A stretch of DNA of 64,000 nucleotides, taken from contig PBWV01000042.1 in NCBI GenBank assembly GCA_002728255.1, positions 4,602 to 68,601 of the forward strand. Direction: 5' to 3'. Both the position numbers and the translations under genes were made by a program. Origin of the DNA: Rhodospirillaceae bacterium. GTDB taxonomy: Bacteria; Pseudomonadota; Alphaproteobacteria; UBA7887. The notes beneath the pieces were generated by a model that was not told the origin of the DNA, searched no databases, and was given only the letters and a program-made list of their open reading frames with translations. Positions within the stretch are counted from its first letter, which is position 1. The number at the start of each line of letters is the position of its first letter. Positions 48,994 to 59,170 of the stretch are shown piece after piece.

Positions 48994-49145
48994 AACCTGG
49001 GACCAATACTATTTAAGTTCGCAATAATCAGTTATTAAGAGTTAAACTTTGGACAAGATTTCATACCAACGATATAATTTCACCTGTGCACTTCAATATA
49101 ATCCAATCTCATATTCACCAAACCAGATAACTATTAAAATATCAA

Positions 49146-50369
49146 ATGACCAATTGTCGCTCATGTGAAACACCAATAAAAGCCTTCATGTCTTTTGGCC
49201 AGCAACCGCTAGCTAACGCCCTACAACAACCTGGTCGACAGGAATCTGTGGAAAAATTCTATGAATTAGCACCCGCTGTCTGCCCTAATTGCCAGTTGTT
49301 TCAATTGATAAACCAACCCCCGCCAAAAACCATGTTTACTGAGCGTTATCCCTTTCTTACCTCTTCCTCTCGCAGCATGACTAAACATTTTGAAGAATTT
49401 GCGCTAAATCTCATGACCAATCTCCCTGAAATGGAAAACGCTAGTTTTGTGGTAGAGATTGGATCAAATGACGGCACCCTACTCCAACCATTTGCTAGGT
49501 CAAAAATTAAACATCTCGGAATTGAACCATCCCCCAATGTAGCCGATGTAGCGATCAAGCGTAACTTAAATACAAAAGTCGCTTTTTTTAACAGTGATAC
49601 TGCTTCGGAAATATATGAGCAATATGGACCCGCAGACCTAATAATAGCTGCCAATGTTATTGGCCACATTCCGGATATTATTGATCTTGGAAGAGGAGTT
49701 GCAAAACTGCTAGGCCCGGATGGTAAATTTGTTTTTGAAGCAGTGTACTTAAGTGATGTTTTACGAAACGTGGCATTTGATCAATTATATGATGAACATG
49801 TCTTTACCTTCTCAGCCACATCTGTTCTCAACGTTTTCAAGCAACATGGTTTAGAATTAGTAAAATTAGAACATCAAAATGTACATGGAGGCTCCATGCG
49901 CTTCTACCTAGCCCACAGGGGCCGCCATCCCGTTGATCATTCAGTCCCCTTAATTCTTCACGCTGAAGAAAAGCAAGGCCTGGATTCCTTGGAGACTTAT
50001 TATGCTTTTAAGTTAGCTACAGAAAAAATTCGTCATCAGCTTACAAGTAAAATAATAGAGCTAAATGACCATGGAGCCAGCGTAACCGGATATGGTGCCA
50101 CCGCAAAAAGTACCACAATTTTAAATTACTGCGATTTAGGACCAGACCACATTGAGTGGATACAAGATTCAACCAAAGAAAAACAAGGTTTGTTAACTCC
50201 TGGTAGCCATATACCGATAGTGTCGCAAGAAGTTTTCCGTCATTCCAACCCAGACTATGCTGTCTTATTCGCCTGGAACCATAGAGCCGAAATTGAAGAA
50301 AAGGAGAAAAAATGGCGCGCCAGCGGAGGAAAATGGATCACTTATGTCCCAAAGGTCAACATTGAATAG
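49146..50369 (+). CDS. class I SAM-dependent sugar C-methyltransferase with N-terminal zinc ribbon (TylC3/TcaB9-like architecture)
   Basis: 407 aa with an N-terminal CRSC...CPNC zinc ribbon (4 Cys), a SAM-binding motif VVEIGSNDG, and a C-terminal domain typical of NDP-hexose C-methyltransferases. Divergent from the rml/GT2 cluster. Confidence 0.7.
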   Translation: MTNCRSCETPIKAFMSFGQQPLANALQQPGRQESVEKFYELAPAVCPNCQLFQLINQPPPKTMFTERYPFLTSSSRSMTKHFEEFALNLMTNLPEMENASFVVEIGSNDGTLLQPFARSKIKHLGIEPSPNVADVAIKRNLNTKVAFFNSDTASEIYEQYGPADLIIAANVIGHIPDIIDLGRGVAKLLGPDGKFVFEAVYLSDVLRNVAFDQLYDEHVFTFSATSVLNVFKQHGLELVKLEHQNVHGGSMRFYLAHRGRHPVDHSVPLILHAEEKQGLDSLETYYAFKLATEKIRHQLTSKIIELNDHGASVTGYGATAKSTTILNYCDLGPDHIEWIQDSTKEKQGLLTPGSHIPIVSQEVFRHSNPDYAVLFAWNHRAEIEEKEKKWRASGGKWITYVPKVNIE

Positions 50370-50383
50370 AGATATTGTCATGT

Positions 50384-51421
50384 TTAGATCTCTGCTGGGC
50401 ACTCGTGGGCCATCATAGACTCAATACCCAAACGCGCAAACATATCTCTATCTTGAGCTAACTCCGGATTTGGAGTAGTTAACAATTCCTCACCAATAAA
50501 TATGGAATTAGCTCCAGCTACAAAGCACAACGCTTGGAATTCTTCATTCATATCTTCCCGGCCAGCGGATAACCGAACGACAGACTTTGGCATAAGAATC
50601 CTAGCTACTGCAATTGTCTTTACAAAATCAAATGAGTCCAGATCATTGGATCCACTGAGCGGCGTACCTTCTACTCGAACGAGCCTGTTGATGGGTACGC
50701 TCTGGGGATGTGAAGGCATGGTAGCAAGAGCATGCAGCATATCTATTCTATCGTCCCGCGACTCACCCATTCCAATAATCCCGCCACAACATACATTCAA
50801 GCCAGCACCCCTAACGTGATCTAAGGTCTCAATACGATCGTCCATAGTCCTGGTTGAAATAATCTCCTTATAGTAGCGGCGAGAAGTATCGATATTATGA
50901 TTATAGTAGTTTAAGCCCGCTGTTTTAAGCTGCTTCGCTTGATCCGCGGTCAGCATACCTAAGGTTGCGCATGACTCCATTCCCAAGGAATTAACTCCCT
51001 CAATCATTGCACAGATAGCACCCATATCGCGGTCTTTCGGATTTCTCCATGCAGCACCCATACAAAATCTAGTGGCCCCACCCTCTTTCGCCTGTCGGGC
51101 AGCTCTAAGCACCTCTTCAACCTTCATTAGAGAACTTGCATCAAGACCGGTATCAAATTTGATACTCTGACTACAGTACCCACAATCCTCTGGACATCCG
51201 CCCGTTTTTATCGATAAAAGGGTGCTCATTTGCACCTTATTGGGATTAAACCAAATCCTATGGATTTTTTGGGCCTTAAATAGAAGATCATTAAATGGAA
51301 GATCAAAAAGTGAACCCACCTCGTCTAAAACCCAGTCGTTCCTTACTTCCCCGTCTAAATTATCTTGATGACCAGTTTCCCCAGGCCGGTATCTCCTGTT
51401 GTCCATCGTGGGCTCAAGCAT
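50384..51421 (-). CDS. bioB: biotin synthase
   Basis: 345 aa with the radical-SAM motif [11 protein letters not shown] and the BioB-specific YNHNIDTS block. Confidence 0.9.
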   Translation of the reverse strand: MLEPTMDNRRYRPGETGHQDNLDGEVRNDWVLDEVGSLFDLPFNDLLFKAQKIHRIWFNPNKVQMSTLLSIKTGGCPEDCGYCSQSIKFDTGLDASSLMKVEEVLRAARQAKEGGATRFCMGAAWRNPKDRDMGAICAMIEGVNSLGMESCATLGMLTADQAKQLKTAGLNYYNHNIDTSRRYYKEIISTRTMDDRIETLDHVRGAGLNVCCGGIIGMGESRDDRIDMLHALATMPSHPQSVPINRLVRVEGTPLSGSNDLDSFDFVKTIAVARILMPKSVVRLSAGREDMNEEFQALCFVAGANSIFIGEELLTTPNPELAQDRDMFARLGIESMMAHECPAEI

Positions 51422-51559
51422 CCTTCAATCCTTTTTAATTCAAAACACCAAGCTAGTTCTTTTAACATGAATAGTACTTATGCCGCTTGCAAGCATCGTA
51501 ATATTTTTCGCTCTCATGTGGATACGCGTATAGCACCCTCAGAATCACAGTACCAGGCC

Positions 51560-52048
51560 TCAAGAGTGTCGTCGACGAACAACCCACGGAGATTCGTCGG
51601 TAGCAGGTTGAAAAAAAACACTAACCTCCTCCGCCGCATTACGCCACTCGTCTAGATCTATCTTATGGTTGACCTCAAAAGAATCAAATCCGCATCGTAG
51701 GAGAAATAAATACTGGTCTCTGCGGATATCTCCGACTGCCCGTAATTCATTTTGGTAGCCATATCGTTCTCGTAGCACCCTAGCTGAGCTAAGCCCTCTG
51801 CCATCCGAGAAAACCGGGAAATCCACTGCTATGAGACTAAAATGGCTTGTGGAATCGCCTATCTCTTCAGGAAGTTCCTCAGCCTGCAGGCGGATCCCTA
51901 GAGGTTTATTGCAGTCCGCCAAACTAATCCTGTTGGCTTTCCATGTATCTAAACTAAGTAAAGGGTAGTCTACTCTCAAGGGGTCCTCCCCCTCCTCTAA
52001 TATCCTCCATAAGTCCTTTACAAGTTGTCCATTTTTAAGCAGTGCCAT
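51560..52048 (-). CDS. DUF934-family protein (sulfite-reductase-associated)
   Basis: 162 aa. Its start overlaps the stop of the sulfite reductase gene. DUF934 proteins are characteristically found beside cysI in Alphaproteobacteria. Confidence 0.65.
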   Translation of the reverse strand: MALLKNGQLVKDLWRILEEGEDPLRVDYPLLSLDTWKANRISLADCNKPLGIRLQAEELPEEIGDSTSHFSLIAVDFPVFSDGRGLSSARVLRERYGYQNELRAVGDIRRDQYLFLLRCGFDSFEVNHKIDLDEWRNAAEEVSVFFQPATDESPWVVRRRHS

Positions 52049-53690
52049 AAAGAGATTCCTTAAATGGTTTCATGCCCACCCGGCGATAAGTATCCAAGAA
52101 TCGTTCTCCACTTTCACGCTGTTCAACGTAGGTATCAACTATCGTCTCGACCGCATCCACCACCTCATCATAAGCAAAGGCCCGTCCCACAATTTTTCCC
52201 AACGAAGCATCTTCAGCTCCGCTGCCTCCGAGTGTTATTTGATAGAACTCTTCACCTTTTTTATCGACGCCGAGTACTCCAATATGTCCCACATGATGAT
52301 GGCCACATGCGTTTATGCACCCTGATATCTTTATCTTAAACTCACCAATATCATGCTGCTGTTCAATATCGGAAAATCGCTTCGCAATATCTTGGGCAAC
52401 TGGTATGGAACGAGCATTAGCTAAATTACAATAGTCAAGACCCGGGCAGGTTATCATGTCCGTTATGAGCCCCGCATTAGCCGTAGCTAGACCGCCGTCC
52501 ATCAATTCTTTCCACACAAGATAAACCTCATCAGTTCGGACGTGAGGCAGCACTAGATTTTGCTCATGCGTAACTCGGATTTCATCGTGACTAAATCGTT
52601 CTGCTAGGTCAGCAACCAAATCCATTTGCTCCGCCGAAGCGTCGCCTGGAGGTGCCCCAATTGGTTTTAGTGAAATAGTTATAATAGAGTAGCCCGCTTG
52701 CTTATGGTCACTTACATTTGTCGCGCACCACTGAGCAAAATCAAAATTATCTCTCTTCTCTAGTTCAAATCTTTCCGGTTGGAGCCCAGTAACCGCATAT
52801 TGTGGAGGAGCAAAATAAGATAAAATCCGCGTGAACTCCTCCTTGGGAACAGTTAAAGGACCATCCTTTATCTTTTCCCACTCATTTTCGACAAGAGTTC
52901 GAAACCTCTCAATTCCTACGCTATCAACAAGAATCTTTATGCGCGCCTTATAAAGATTGTCCCGCCTTCCCAACTGATTGTATACTCGAAGTATTGCCTC
53001 TAAGTAGCTTAAAAGATGTTCTTTTTTGAGGAAATCCTTAACCGTAGGGGCGATATAAGGTGTTCGACCTAGCCCTCCCCCAGCGAGCACCTCAAAACCT
53101 GTTTCGCCTGAAGAGCCAACCTTAATCCTTAAGCCGATATCATGAACACGCATTGCAGCACGATCTTCTTCAGTTCCTATAACGGCTATCTTAAATTTTC
53201 GAGGCAGCCACGAAATTTCAGGATGTAAAGTCGACCACTGCCTAACAAGTTCAGCATAGACACGAGGGTCTTCCACTTCACCGGATGCGACTCCCGCAAG
53301 GTGATCTGCAGTAACATTTCTAATACAATTTCCACTTGTCTGAATAGCATGCATTTCAACTTCAGCTAGTTCAGAAAGGATCTCCGGTACATCAACCAAT
53401 TTTGGCCAATTATATTGAATATTTTGGCGTGTAGTAAAATGTCCATAGCTGCGATCATATTTTCTTGCAATGTGTGCCAATTTTCTCATCTGTTTGGATG
53501 CAAGAGTTCCGTATGGAATTGCAACCCTTAGCATATAAGCATGAAGCTGCAAATATAGTCCATTTCGGAGACGTAACTGCTTAAACTCTTCTTCATCAAG
53601 GTCTCCGTTAAGTCTCCGGGTTACCTGTCCACGGAACTGCTGCACTCTTTCCTGGACCAAAGTGTGGTCAAACTCGTCATATCTGTACAT
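52035..53690 (-). CDS. cysI: assimilatory sulfite reductase hemoprotein (nitrite/sulfite reductase family)
   Basis: 551 aa. Sirohaem-Fe4S4 cysteines are in CPGLDYC and CINACGHHHVGHIG. Located in the cys operon. Confidence 0.85.
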   Translation of the reverse strand: MYRYDEFDHTLVQERVQQFRGQVTRRLNGDLDEEEFKQLRLRNGLYLQLHAYMLRVAIPYGTLASKQMRKLAHIARKYDRSYGHFTTRQNIQYNWPKLVDVPEILSELAEVEMHAIQTSGNCIRNVTADHLAGVASGEVEDPRVYAELVRQWSTLHPEISWLPRKFKIAVIGTEEDRAAMRVHDIGLRIKVGSSGETGFEVLAGGGLGRTPYIAPTVKDFLKKEHLLSYLEAILRVYNQLGRRDNLYKARIKILVDSVGIERFRTLVENEWEKIKDGPLTVPKEEFTRILSYFAPPQYAVTGLQPERFELEKRDNFDFAQWCATNVSDHKQAGYSIITISLKPIGAPPGDASAEQMDLVADLAERFSHDEIRVTHEQNLVLPHVRTDEVYLVWKELMDGGLATANAGLITDMITCPGLDYCNLANARSIPVAQDIAKRFSDIEQQHDIGEFKIKISGCINACGHHHVGHIGVLGVDKKGEEFYQITLGGSGAEDASLGKIVGRAFAYDEVVDAVETIVDTYVEQRESGERFLDTYRRVGMKPFKESLYGTA

Positions 53691-53729
53691 CAGTCTAGCC
53701 TCTCATCTTAGCTAAATATATGCTTATGG

Positions 53730-53990
53730 TTATACGGTAGGCCCCATAGCTCGAATTCTCTCCCGCTGGCTTAAAACCTTTAAGCCATCCTTAGTATCTT
53801 CGACATCTATTAAATACAAAGAAACCACTATCTGTGCTTGTTCTCCCAAAGATGCCGAACGGAGTAGTTCAGATCCATCATCAAAAGCTACCAGTGCATC
53901 TTCTAAGTCATGCGACCATTGGTGAGATGCTGTGAAATACACAATTTCACCACCTCTAAGATAATTTGCTGTAGCAACTTTTCCCATCAC
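53730..53990 (-). CDS. DUF2849-family small protein
   Basis: 86 aa. Lies between cysG and cysI. Its stop overlaps the cysG stop region. Confidence 0.55.
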   Translation of the reverse strand: MMGKVATANYLRGGEIVYFTASHQWSHDLEDALVAFDDGSELLRSASLGEQAQIVVSLYLIDVEDTKDGLKVLSQRERIRAMGPTV

Positions 53991-55513
53991 AACACTCCCC
54001 TCCGCGTGCTAACTTGTTGTGGTAAATTTTGCTTCTGCGAAATATTATTTGGGAGACCTCGGACCTTCTCTGCCAACTCCATTACTTCTAATCGAGATTG
54101 CCCTACCACTTCACCAATTACAATTATTGCTGGTGCAATTATATCACTTTCACTAATTAGGAGTGGAAGTGATCCCAACTTTCCAATCACCAATTTTTGT
54201 TCCGGTGTAGTTCCATTCGCAATTACTGCGATTGGCACCTCAGCCGACATGCCATTAGCTATCAAGTTCTGAGAAATATCTTTAGCAACTCCTATTCCCA
54301 TGTAAACCACTAGTGTATGACCTAAATTTGCCAAGGCTTTCCAATTTAGCGCTAATTCTCCATCCCCATGACCTGTGATAAAGGTGACTGCTTGAGAGGT
54401 CTCCCTTAAGGTCATAGGAATACCCGAAACAGCACCGCATCCAAGCGCCGCTGTAATTCCTGGAACTATTTCCACCTCTACCCCATGGCTCATTAAAAAA
54501 GCTCTCTCTTCTCCACCACGACCAAAAACAAATGGATCACCTCCTTTAAGACGAACCACATTTCGGCCAGGTTTGGCCTCCTCAAGAAGAGTGGTATTTA
54601 TTTCATTCTGGCCACATGAGTGGCGTCCTTTGGATTTCCCTACGAAAATCTTTTTCGCTTCTTTGCGAGCCCGTTTTAAGATATCCACACCGACCAGCCG
54701 ATCATAAACTAAAACATCTGCCTCTTGTATTTTTCTGAGCGCCTTCACTGTAAGTAGCTCCGGATCTCCTGGGCCAGACCCCACGATAGTTACCAAACGA
54801 GTAACACTTCCTTCAGACATAATCTGTTTAACTAAATTAGCTACGTCTTTACGTTCTAAACCATTTTTTCTTGAGAGAAATAAACCTGCACTTTCATCTT
54901 TAAGAAGCCTTCGCCAAAATTTTCGACGGAGCTCTAATGTCGGTAAAATTTCTTTTACCGCCGGACGCATTTGAAAAATAAGATCAGCTATAGAGCCAAG
55001 ATCCTGAGGCAAGGATAACTCTAACTCATCCTTTAATTTCGTAACAAGACCGGGAGACCTGCCATTGCTACCAATACCTACTTGAATACTTCCCCTATCC
55101 ACTACTGCCGGAAAAGTGAATGTGGATAATGCTATATTATCAACAACATTTACAGGTATTCTTGCCGCGATCGCAGTCTCTCCAATCAGAATATCATCTT
55201 CAGAACTCTCTGTGGCACTCACAATCAATGTAACCCCTGACAGATCATAGTCACTAAAATTGGCATTAACTATCGAGCATCCACTATATAGCCCTTGTAG
55301 AACCCTCAACTCTTTTGAATGCATTGAGCCCAAAATCGTTACAAAAGCTCCAAAATCTAGAAGCAACCTTGCTTTTTCAATCGCGAGGCTTCCAGACCCT
55401 ACTACTAGGCATTCTTTACGAACCAAATCAACAAACAGCGGCAAATGTCGTCTTATTTCATTTGACCTCACTCCTCTGGCTCGCCTGCCTGAATCAGATG
55501 ATGCCGTAGTCAT
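53987..55513 (-). CDS. cysG: sirohaem synthase (precorrin-2 dehydrogenase / sirohydrochlorin ferrochelatase plus uroporphyrinogen-III C-methyltransferase)
   Basis: 508 aa. The N-terminus has a Rossmann motif VVGSGSLA. The C-terminus has the SUMT motifs VGSGPGDPELLTVKA and VVRLKGGDPFVFGRGGEE. Confidence 0.85.
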   Translation of the reverse strand: MTTASSDSGRRARGVRSNEIRRHLPLFVDLVRKECLVVGSGSLAIEKARLLLDFGAFVTILGSMHSKELRVLQGLYSGCSIVNANFSDYDLSGVTLIVSATESSEDDILIGETAIAARIPVNVVDNIALSTFTFPAVVDRGSIQVGIGSNGRSPGLVTKLKDELELSLPQDLGSIADLIFQMRPAVKEILPTLELRRKFWRRLLKDESAGLFLSRKNGLERKDVANLVKQIMSEGSVTRLVTIVGSGPGDPELLTVKALRKIQEADVLVYDRLVGVDILKRARKEAKKIFVGKSKGRHSCGQNEINTTLLEEAKPGRNVVRLKGGDPFVFGRGGEERAFLMSHGVEVEIVPGITAALGCGAVSGIPMTLRETSQAVTFITGHGDGELALNWKALANLGHTLVVYMGIGVAKDISQNLIANGMSAEVPIAVIANGTTPEQKLVIGKLGSLPLLISESDIIAPAIIVIGEVVGQSRLEVMELAEKVRGLPNNISQKQNLPQQVSTRRGVL

Positions 55514-57354
55514 GCGACATCTCTATGCCAGGTTGATCCGTTGCCGAATTTTTCATTCACATACTTAGCTAACACCTGAATGCACTCTTCAATCGAAAGT
55601 ACCCCTGTATCAATAACAAGATCCGGGTTATCTGGAGCCTCATAGGGAGCATCGATCCCAGTAAATCCGCGAATTTCGCCTCGCCTAGCCTTCGCATAAA
55701 GCCCTTTGGGATCTCGTTCTTCGCACGTTTCAATATTAGCCTTGATGTAGATTTCATGAAAACCAGTCTCCGCTATTTGCCGAGCTCGTTCTCTGTCTGC
55801 CCGATATGGCGAAATAAAAGCACTAATAACTATATTACCAGAATCAGCCACCAGTCGGGCAACCTCCGCAACCCTACGAATATTTTCACCTCTATCTTCG
55901 GGAGAAAAACCCAAATCGCTATTAAGACGATCTCTCACATTATCCCCATCAAGAACATACGACTGCCAACCTCGACGAAACAGCTCATATTCTAGAGCCA
56001 TTGCCAAAGTAGACTTTCCAGAGCCTGATAAACCAGTAAACCACAAAACTCCGCTGTTGTGACCATTTGCTTCAGCACGTTGTTCCAAACTTACTCGGTG
56101 CCCTGTCGGATAGATGTGCCTTTCATCCTTTTCAACAACTCCATCCAGGACGACGCATCCACCAACAACATTATAGCTATCAAAAAGAACCCCCCTAGCA
56201 GTGGGTTCCAGTCTATCGATTGGGTCGACTGCGAACGGAGTTCTACTATGAAGGACAATCTCCGCTACTGAATTTTTCTCAATAGTTGGAGCACTCTCCA
56301 ACGACAAATTGTCTAGGTCTATAACTGCCTTGATCTCACTTACTACTACTTGATGAGTAGCTGTTTGAAATTTTACCTGAAGTTTTGCACCTACTTTTAG
56401 TGGCGTTTTAGCAAACCAAATCAGCCGAACCGTTATATCATGCCCGACACTTGGTCCATTGCCGTGACTATGCACAACATGACCTCTTTCGATGAATAAC
56501 TCCCTATCAAGGGTTAAGGCAACAGATTCACCAGCCCCTGCGGAAACCTTCAAGTCACTATTCCACGCCTCAAGACTGGTAATGACCGCTGTCTTCTCAG
56601 TAGGAGAAAAACAAATTTCATCTCCCACTCTCACACGTCCACTTTCTATTTTTCCCACAATAATACGACGATGATCAAATCGGTAGATATCTTGCACTGG
56701 AATTCGAAGAGGCTCCTCAATAAGCACACTACTAGACTTAAAGGCATGCATAGAAGAAAGAACATCCGAACCAACGTACCACGACATTTTACTAGATGTT
56801 TTACTTAGGTTATCTCCAGTCCGCGCCGAAGCTGGAATAATTCCCTGATATTTGATATTTAATTCATCTAAGTAAGAACTGATTTTTTGTTTTATAAGAC
56901 TAAAGTTCTCCTCCTTATACTCCACTAGGTCCATCTTATTTACTACGACAACAACCTCTTTAACCCCCAATAATTTAAGTAGATAGGTATGACGTTGTGT
57001 CTGTTCCCGCACGCCCTCGGTAACATCTATTAACAACAGTGCTGCGGTTGCATTAGCGGCACCCGTGATCATATTCTTTAAGAATTCCTCATGTCCCGGA
57101 GCATCTATCAAAAGATAATCACGCTTTTTAGTCCGAAGCTCAATCTGAGTAGTGTCTATGGTTATTCCCTGATCCCTCTCGGCCTTAAACGCGTCTAGCA
57201 CAAAAGACCACTCAAACTGCGTTCCGCGCCGGTCTCTCATTGTTTCAATCGCCTCAACCTTGCCGTCAGGTAGATTATCGGTCTCGTACAGCAAGCGCCC
57301 CAAAAGGGTTGATTTTCCGTGGTCAACGTGACCAACTACAACGATCGGCAGCAT
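55510..57354 (-). CDS. cysNC: bifunctional sulfate adenylyltransferase subunit 1 / adenylylsulfate kinase (CysN-CysC fusion)
   Basis: 614 aa. The N-terminus has a GTPase motif GHVDHGKSTL and DAPGH. The C-terminus has an APS kinase P-loop WFTGLSGSGKST. Confidence 0.9.
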   Translation of the reverse strand: MLPIVVVGHVDHGKSTLLGRLLYETDNLPDGKVEAIETMRDRRGTQFEWSFVLDAFKAERDQGITIDTTQIELRTKKRDYLLIDAPGHEEFLKNMITGAANATAALLLIDVTEGVREQTQRHTYLLKLLGVKEVVVVVNKMDLVEYKEENFSLIKQKISSYLDELNIKYQGIIPASARTGDNLSKTSSKMSWYVGSDVLSSMHAFKSSSVLIEEPLRIPVQDIYRFDHRRIIVGKIESGRVRVGDEICFSPTEKTAVITSLEAWNSDLKVSAGAGESVALTLDRELFIERGHVVHSHGNGPSVGHDITVRLIWFAKTPLKVGAKLQVKFQTATHQVVVSEIKAVIDLDNLSLESAPTIEKNSVAEIVLHSRTPFAVDPIDRLEPTARGVLFDSYNVVGGCVVLDGVVEKDERHIYPTGHRVSLEQRAEANGHNSGVLWFTGLSGSGKSTLAMALEYELFRRGWQSYVLDGDNVRDRLNSDLGFSPEDRGENIRRVAEVARLVADSGNIVISAFISPYRADRERARQIAETGFHEIYIKANIETCEERDPKGLYAKARRGEIRGFTGIDAPYEAPDNPDLVIDTGVLSIEECIQVLAKYVNEKFGNGSTWHRDVA

Positions 57355-57393
57355 ATTTTTTTCTTTCCCAGAAACTATTCTTTGATCTTCGGC

Positions 57394-58188
57394 CTACATA
57401 TATCCGTCTTGCCGAAGGCGCTCAAAAGCGTCCTCCGCCTCATGATCCATGGCGCGCCCAGCTCTTTCTGCAATTTTTGTGGTCTGTAATTCTTCTATGA
57501 CCTCGTCAATATCAGAAGCATTACTTTCAACAGGATTCGTAATATCTTGGTCCCCCAGAGACCGATACCGCTGACCCGAGCGAGAAAAGTACAAATCAAT
57601 AATAGGAATGTTCTCCCTTTTGGTATATCTCCAAATGTCTATCTCCCGCCATTGCAAAATTGGATGAATCCTTATGTGGCTGCCAGGAGGCATACGCGTC
57701 GTGTATTGTCCCCAAAATTCAGCTGGTTGATCATGTTGATCCCATTCAGCATTCATCCCTCGTGGACTAAAAACTCTTTCCTTCGCGCGAACCGCCTGTT
57801 CATCTCGTCGAATACCAGCAAAGACACCTGAAAACCTATGCTTGTCCATTATTTTTTTTAGTCCATCTGTTTTGCGAGCGGCAGACCGTGCAGCTGGAGG
57901 AAGACTTGGGTCAACAGAACTTATGGGTGGACATTCTCCTCTAATCAGATCCAAGTTCCATTCCTTCTCAAACTTATCCCGAAACGCATACATCTCGGGG
58001 AACTTTTTTCCGGTATCGACATGCACCACAGGAAACGGAACCCTTCCGAGAAATGCCTTGCGGGCCAACCACAGCATAACATTAGAATCCTTACCTAATG
58101 ACCATAACATCCCCAAAGGATGCATTGTCCTATAGGCTTCCCTAATTATGTAGATGCTCTCATTTTCAAGATGATCCAAATAATCCAT
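57394..58188 (-). CDS. cysD: sulfate adenylyltransferase subunit 2
   Basis: 264 aa with the PAPS-reductase-fold motif SLGKDS and a CysD-like N-terminus (LDHLENESIYIIRE). Confidence 0.9.
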   Translation of the reverse strand: MDYLDHLENESIYIIREAYRTMHPLGMLWSLGKDSNVMLWLARKAFLGRVPFPVVHVDTGKKFPEMYAFRDKFEKEWNLDLIRGECPPISSVDPSLPPAARSAARKTDGLKKIMDKHRFSGVFAGIRRDEQAVRAKERVFSPRGMNAEWDQHDQPAEFWGQYTTRMPPGSHIRIHPILQWREIDIWRYTKRENIPIIDLYFSRSGQRYRSLGDQDITNPVESNASDIDEVIEELQTTKIAERAGRAMDHEAEDAFERLRQDGYM

Positions 58189-58196
58189 TTATAGTC

Positions 58197-59015
58197 TCAC
58201 GTCGCCCGGTGAATCCCGCACTCTGTTTTCCCGCTATCAGCCCACCTTCCGGACCTCTGCTCTCCTCCTACTTCAACAGGCTTAGTGCAAGGAGCACAAC
58301 CTATGGAAAAATAATTTTTGAGAGTTAATGGATGCCTTGGCAAGTTGCGCGCAATGAAATACTCCTTCAATTGCACTGTATCCCAATTAGCAAGTGGATT
58401 TATCTTTATATGTTTTCCAACCAATTCAATGCTTTGAAGTTGCCCTCGCGATTTACTCTGAAAGCGCTTCCTACCTGTAATCCACGCGTCAAATGGATCT
58501 ATGCTCCTCTCTAATGGCACAACCTTTCTGATATGACAACAGTAATCGGCATTAATGCGCCAAAGTTTCCCCTCAGGATCATCGTCAATAATTTCCGCAG
58601 TAGATGGCTTTACGGACCGGACATTGGTTAAACCCAAGTGTGATGCAAGATGATCACGATACTCTAGCGTCTCTCGAAAATGTTTACCGGTTTCTAAAAA
58701 TATTATTGGAATTTCCTTAGAAACCTCTGCAATCAAGCTCAACAATACTGCTGACTCTGCACCGAAAGAGCAAACCGCAGCGATTTTCCCGGGAAACTCC
58801 TCCTTTATCATAGACCTCAGAAGAGCTGCCGCATCCTTTTCCCCATGCAATTTCCTCAGGCGCTCCTCCAACCCTGCTCGGCGAATAGATGCAAGATCAA
58901 CATGGTCATCCTGTTCTAATTTAGGAATTGTATTTTCATTCATTACTAAAAGCCTGTATGGATTTGGTATTCCTTGTAGTGCACAATCTAATTGTCTATG
59001 GCCAATCTGAAACAA
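58197..59015 (-). CDS. cysH: adenylyl-sulfate (APS)/PAPS reductase, Fe-S cluster-containing type
   Basis: 272 aa with the CC...CxxC cluster cysteines (DYCCH, CAPCT) and a C-terminal ECGIH motif, which is typical of APS-type CysH. Confidence 0.85.
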   Translation of the reverse strand: MFQIGHRQLDCALQGIPNPYRLLVMNENTIPKLEQDDHVDLASIRRAGLEERLRKLHGEKDAAALLRSMIKEEFPGKIAAVCSFGAESAVLLSLIAEVSKEIPIIFLETGKHFRETLEYRDHLASHLGLTNVRSVKPSTAEIIDDDPEGKLWRINADYCCHIRKVVPLERSIDPFDAWITGRKRFQSKSRGQLQSIELVGKHIKINPLANWDTVQLKEYFIARNLPRHPLTLKNYFSIGCAPCTKPVEVGGEQRSGRWADSGKTECGIHRAT

Positions 59016-59170
59016 TAGTACCAGGAAATCTCTGGGACCAGCCAGTTATTAGAGCGCACCTATTAGTAAAAATTATTGTTTCTAGCAATAGTTATGGATT
59101 ATTTTGGTATAATTTTTTTTATTATGGCATATAATAAGTAAAATTTACCATATTTTCTTAAGGAGTTGGA

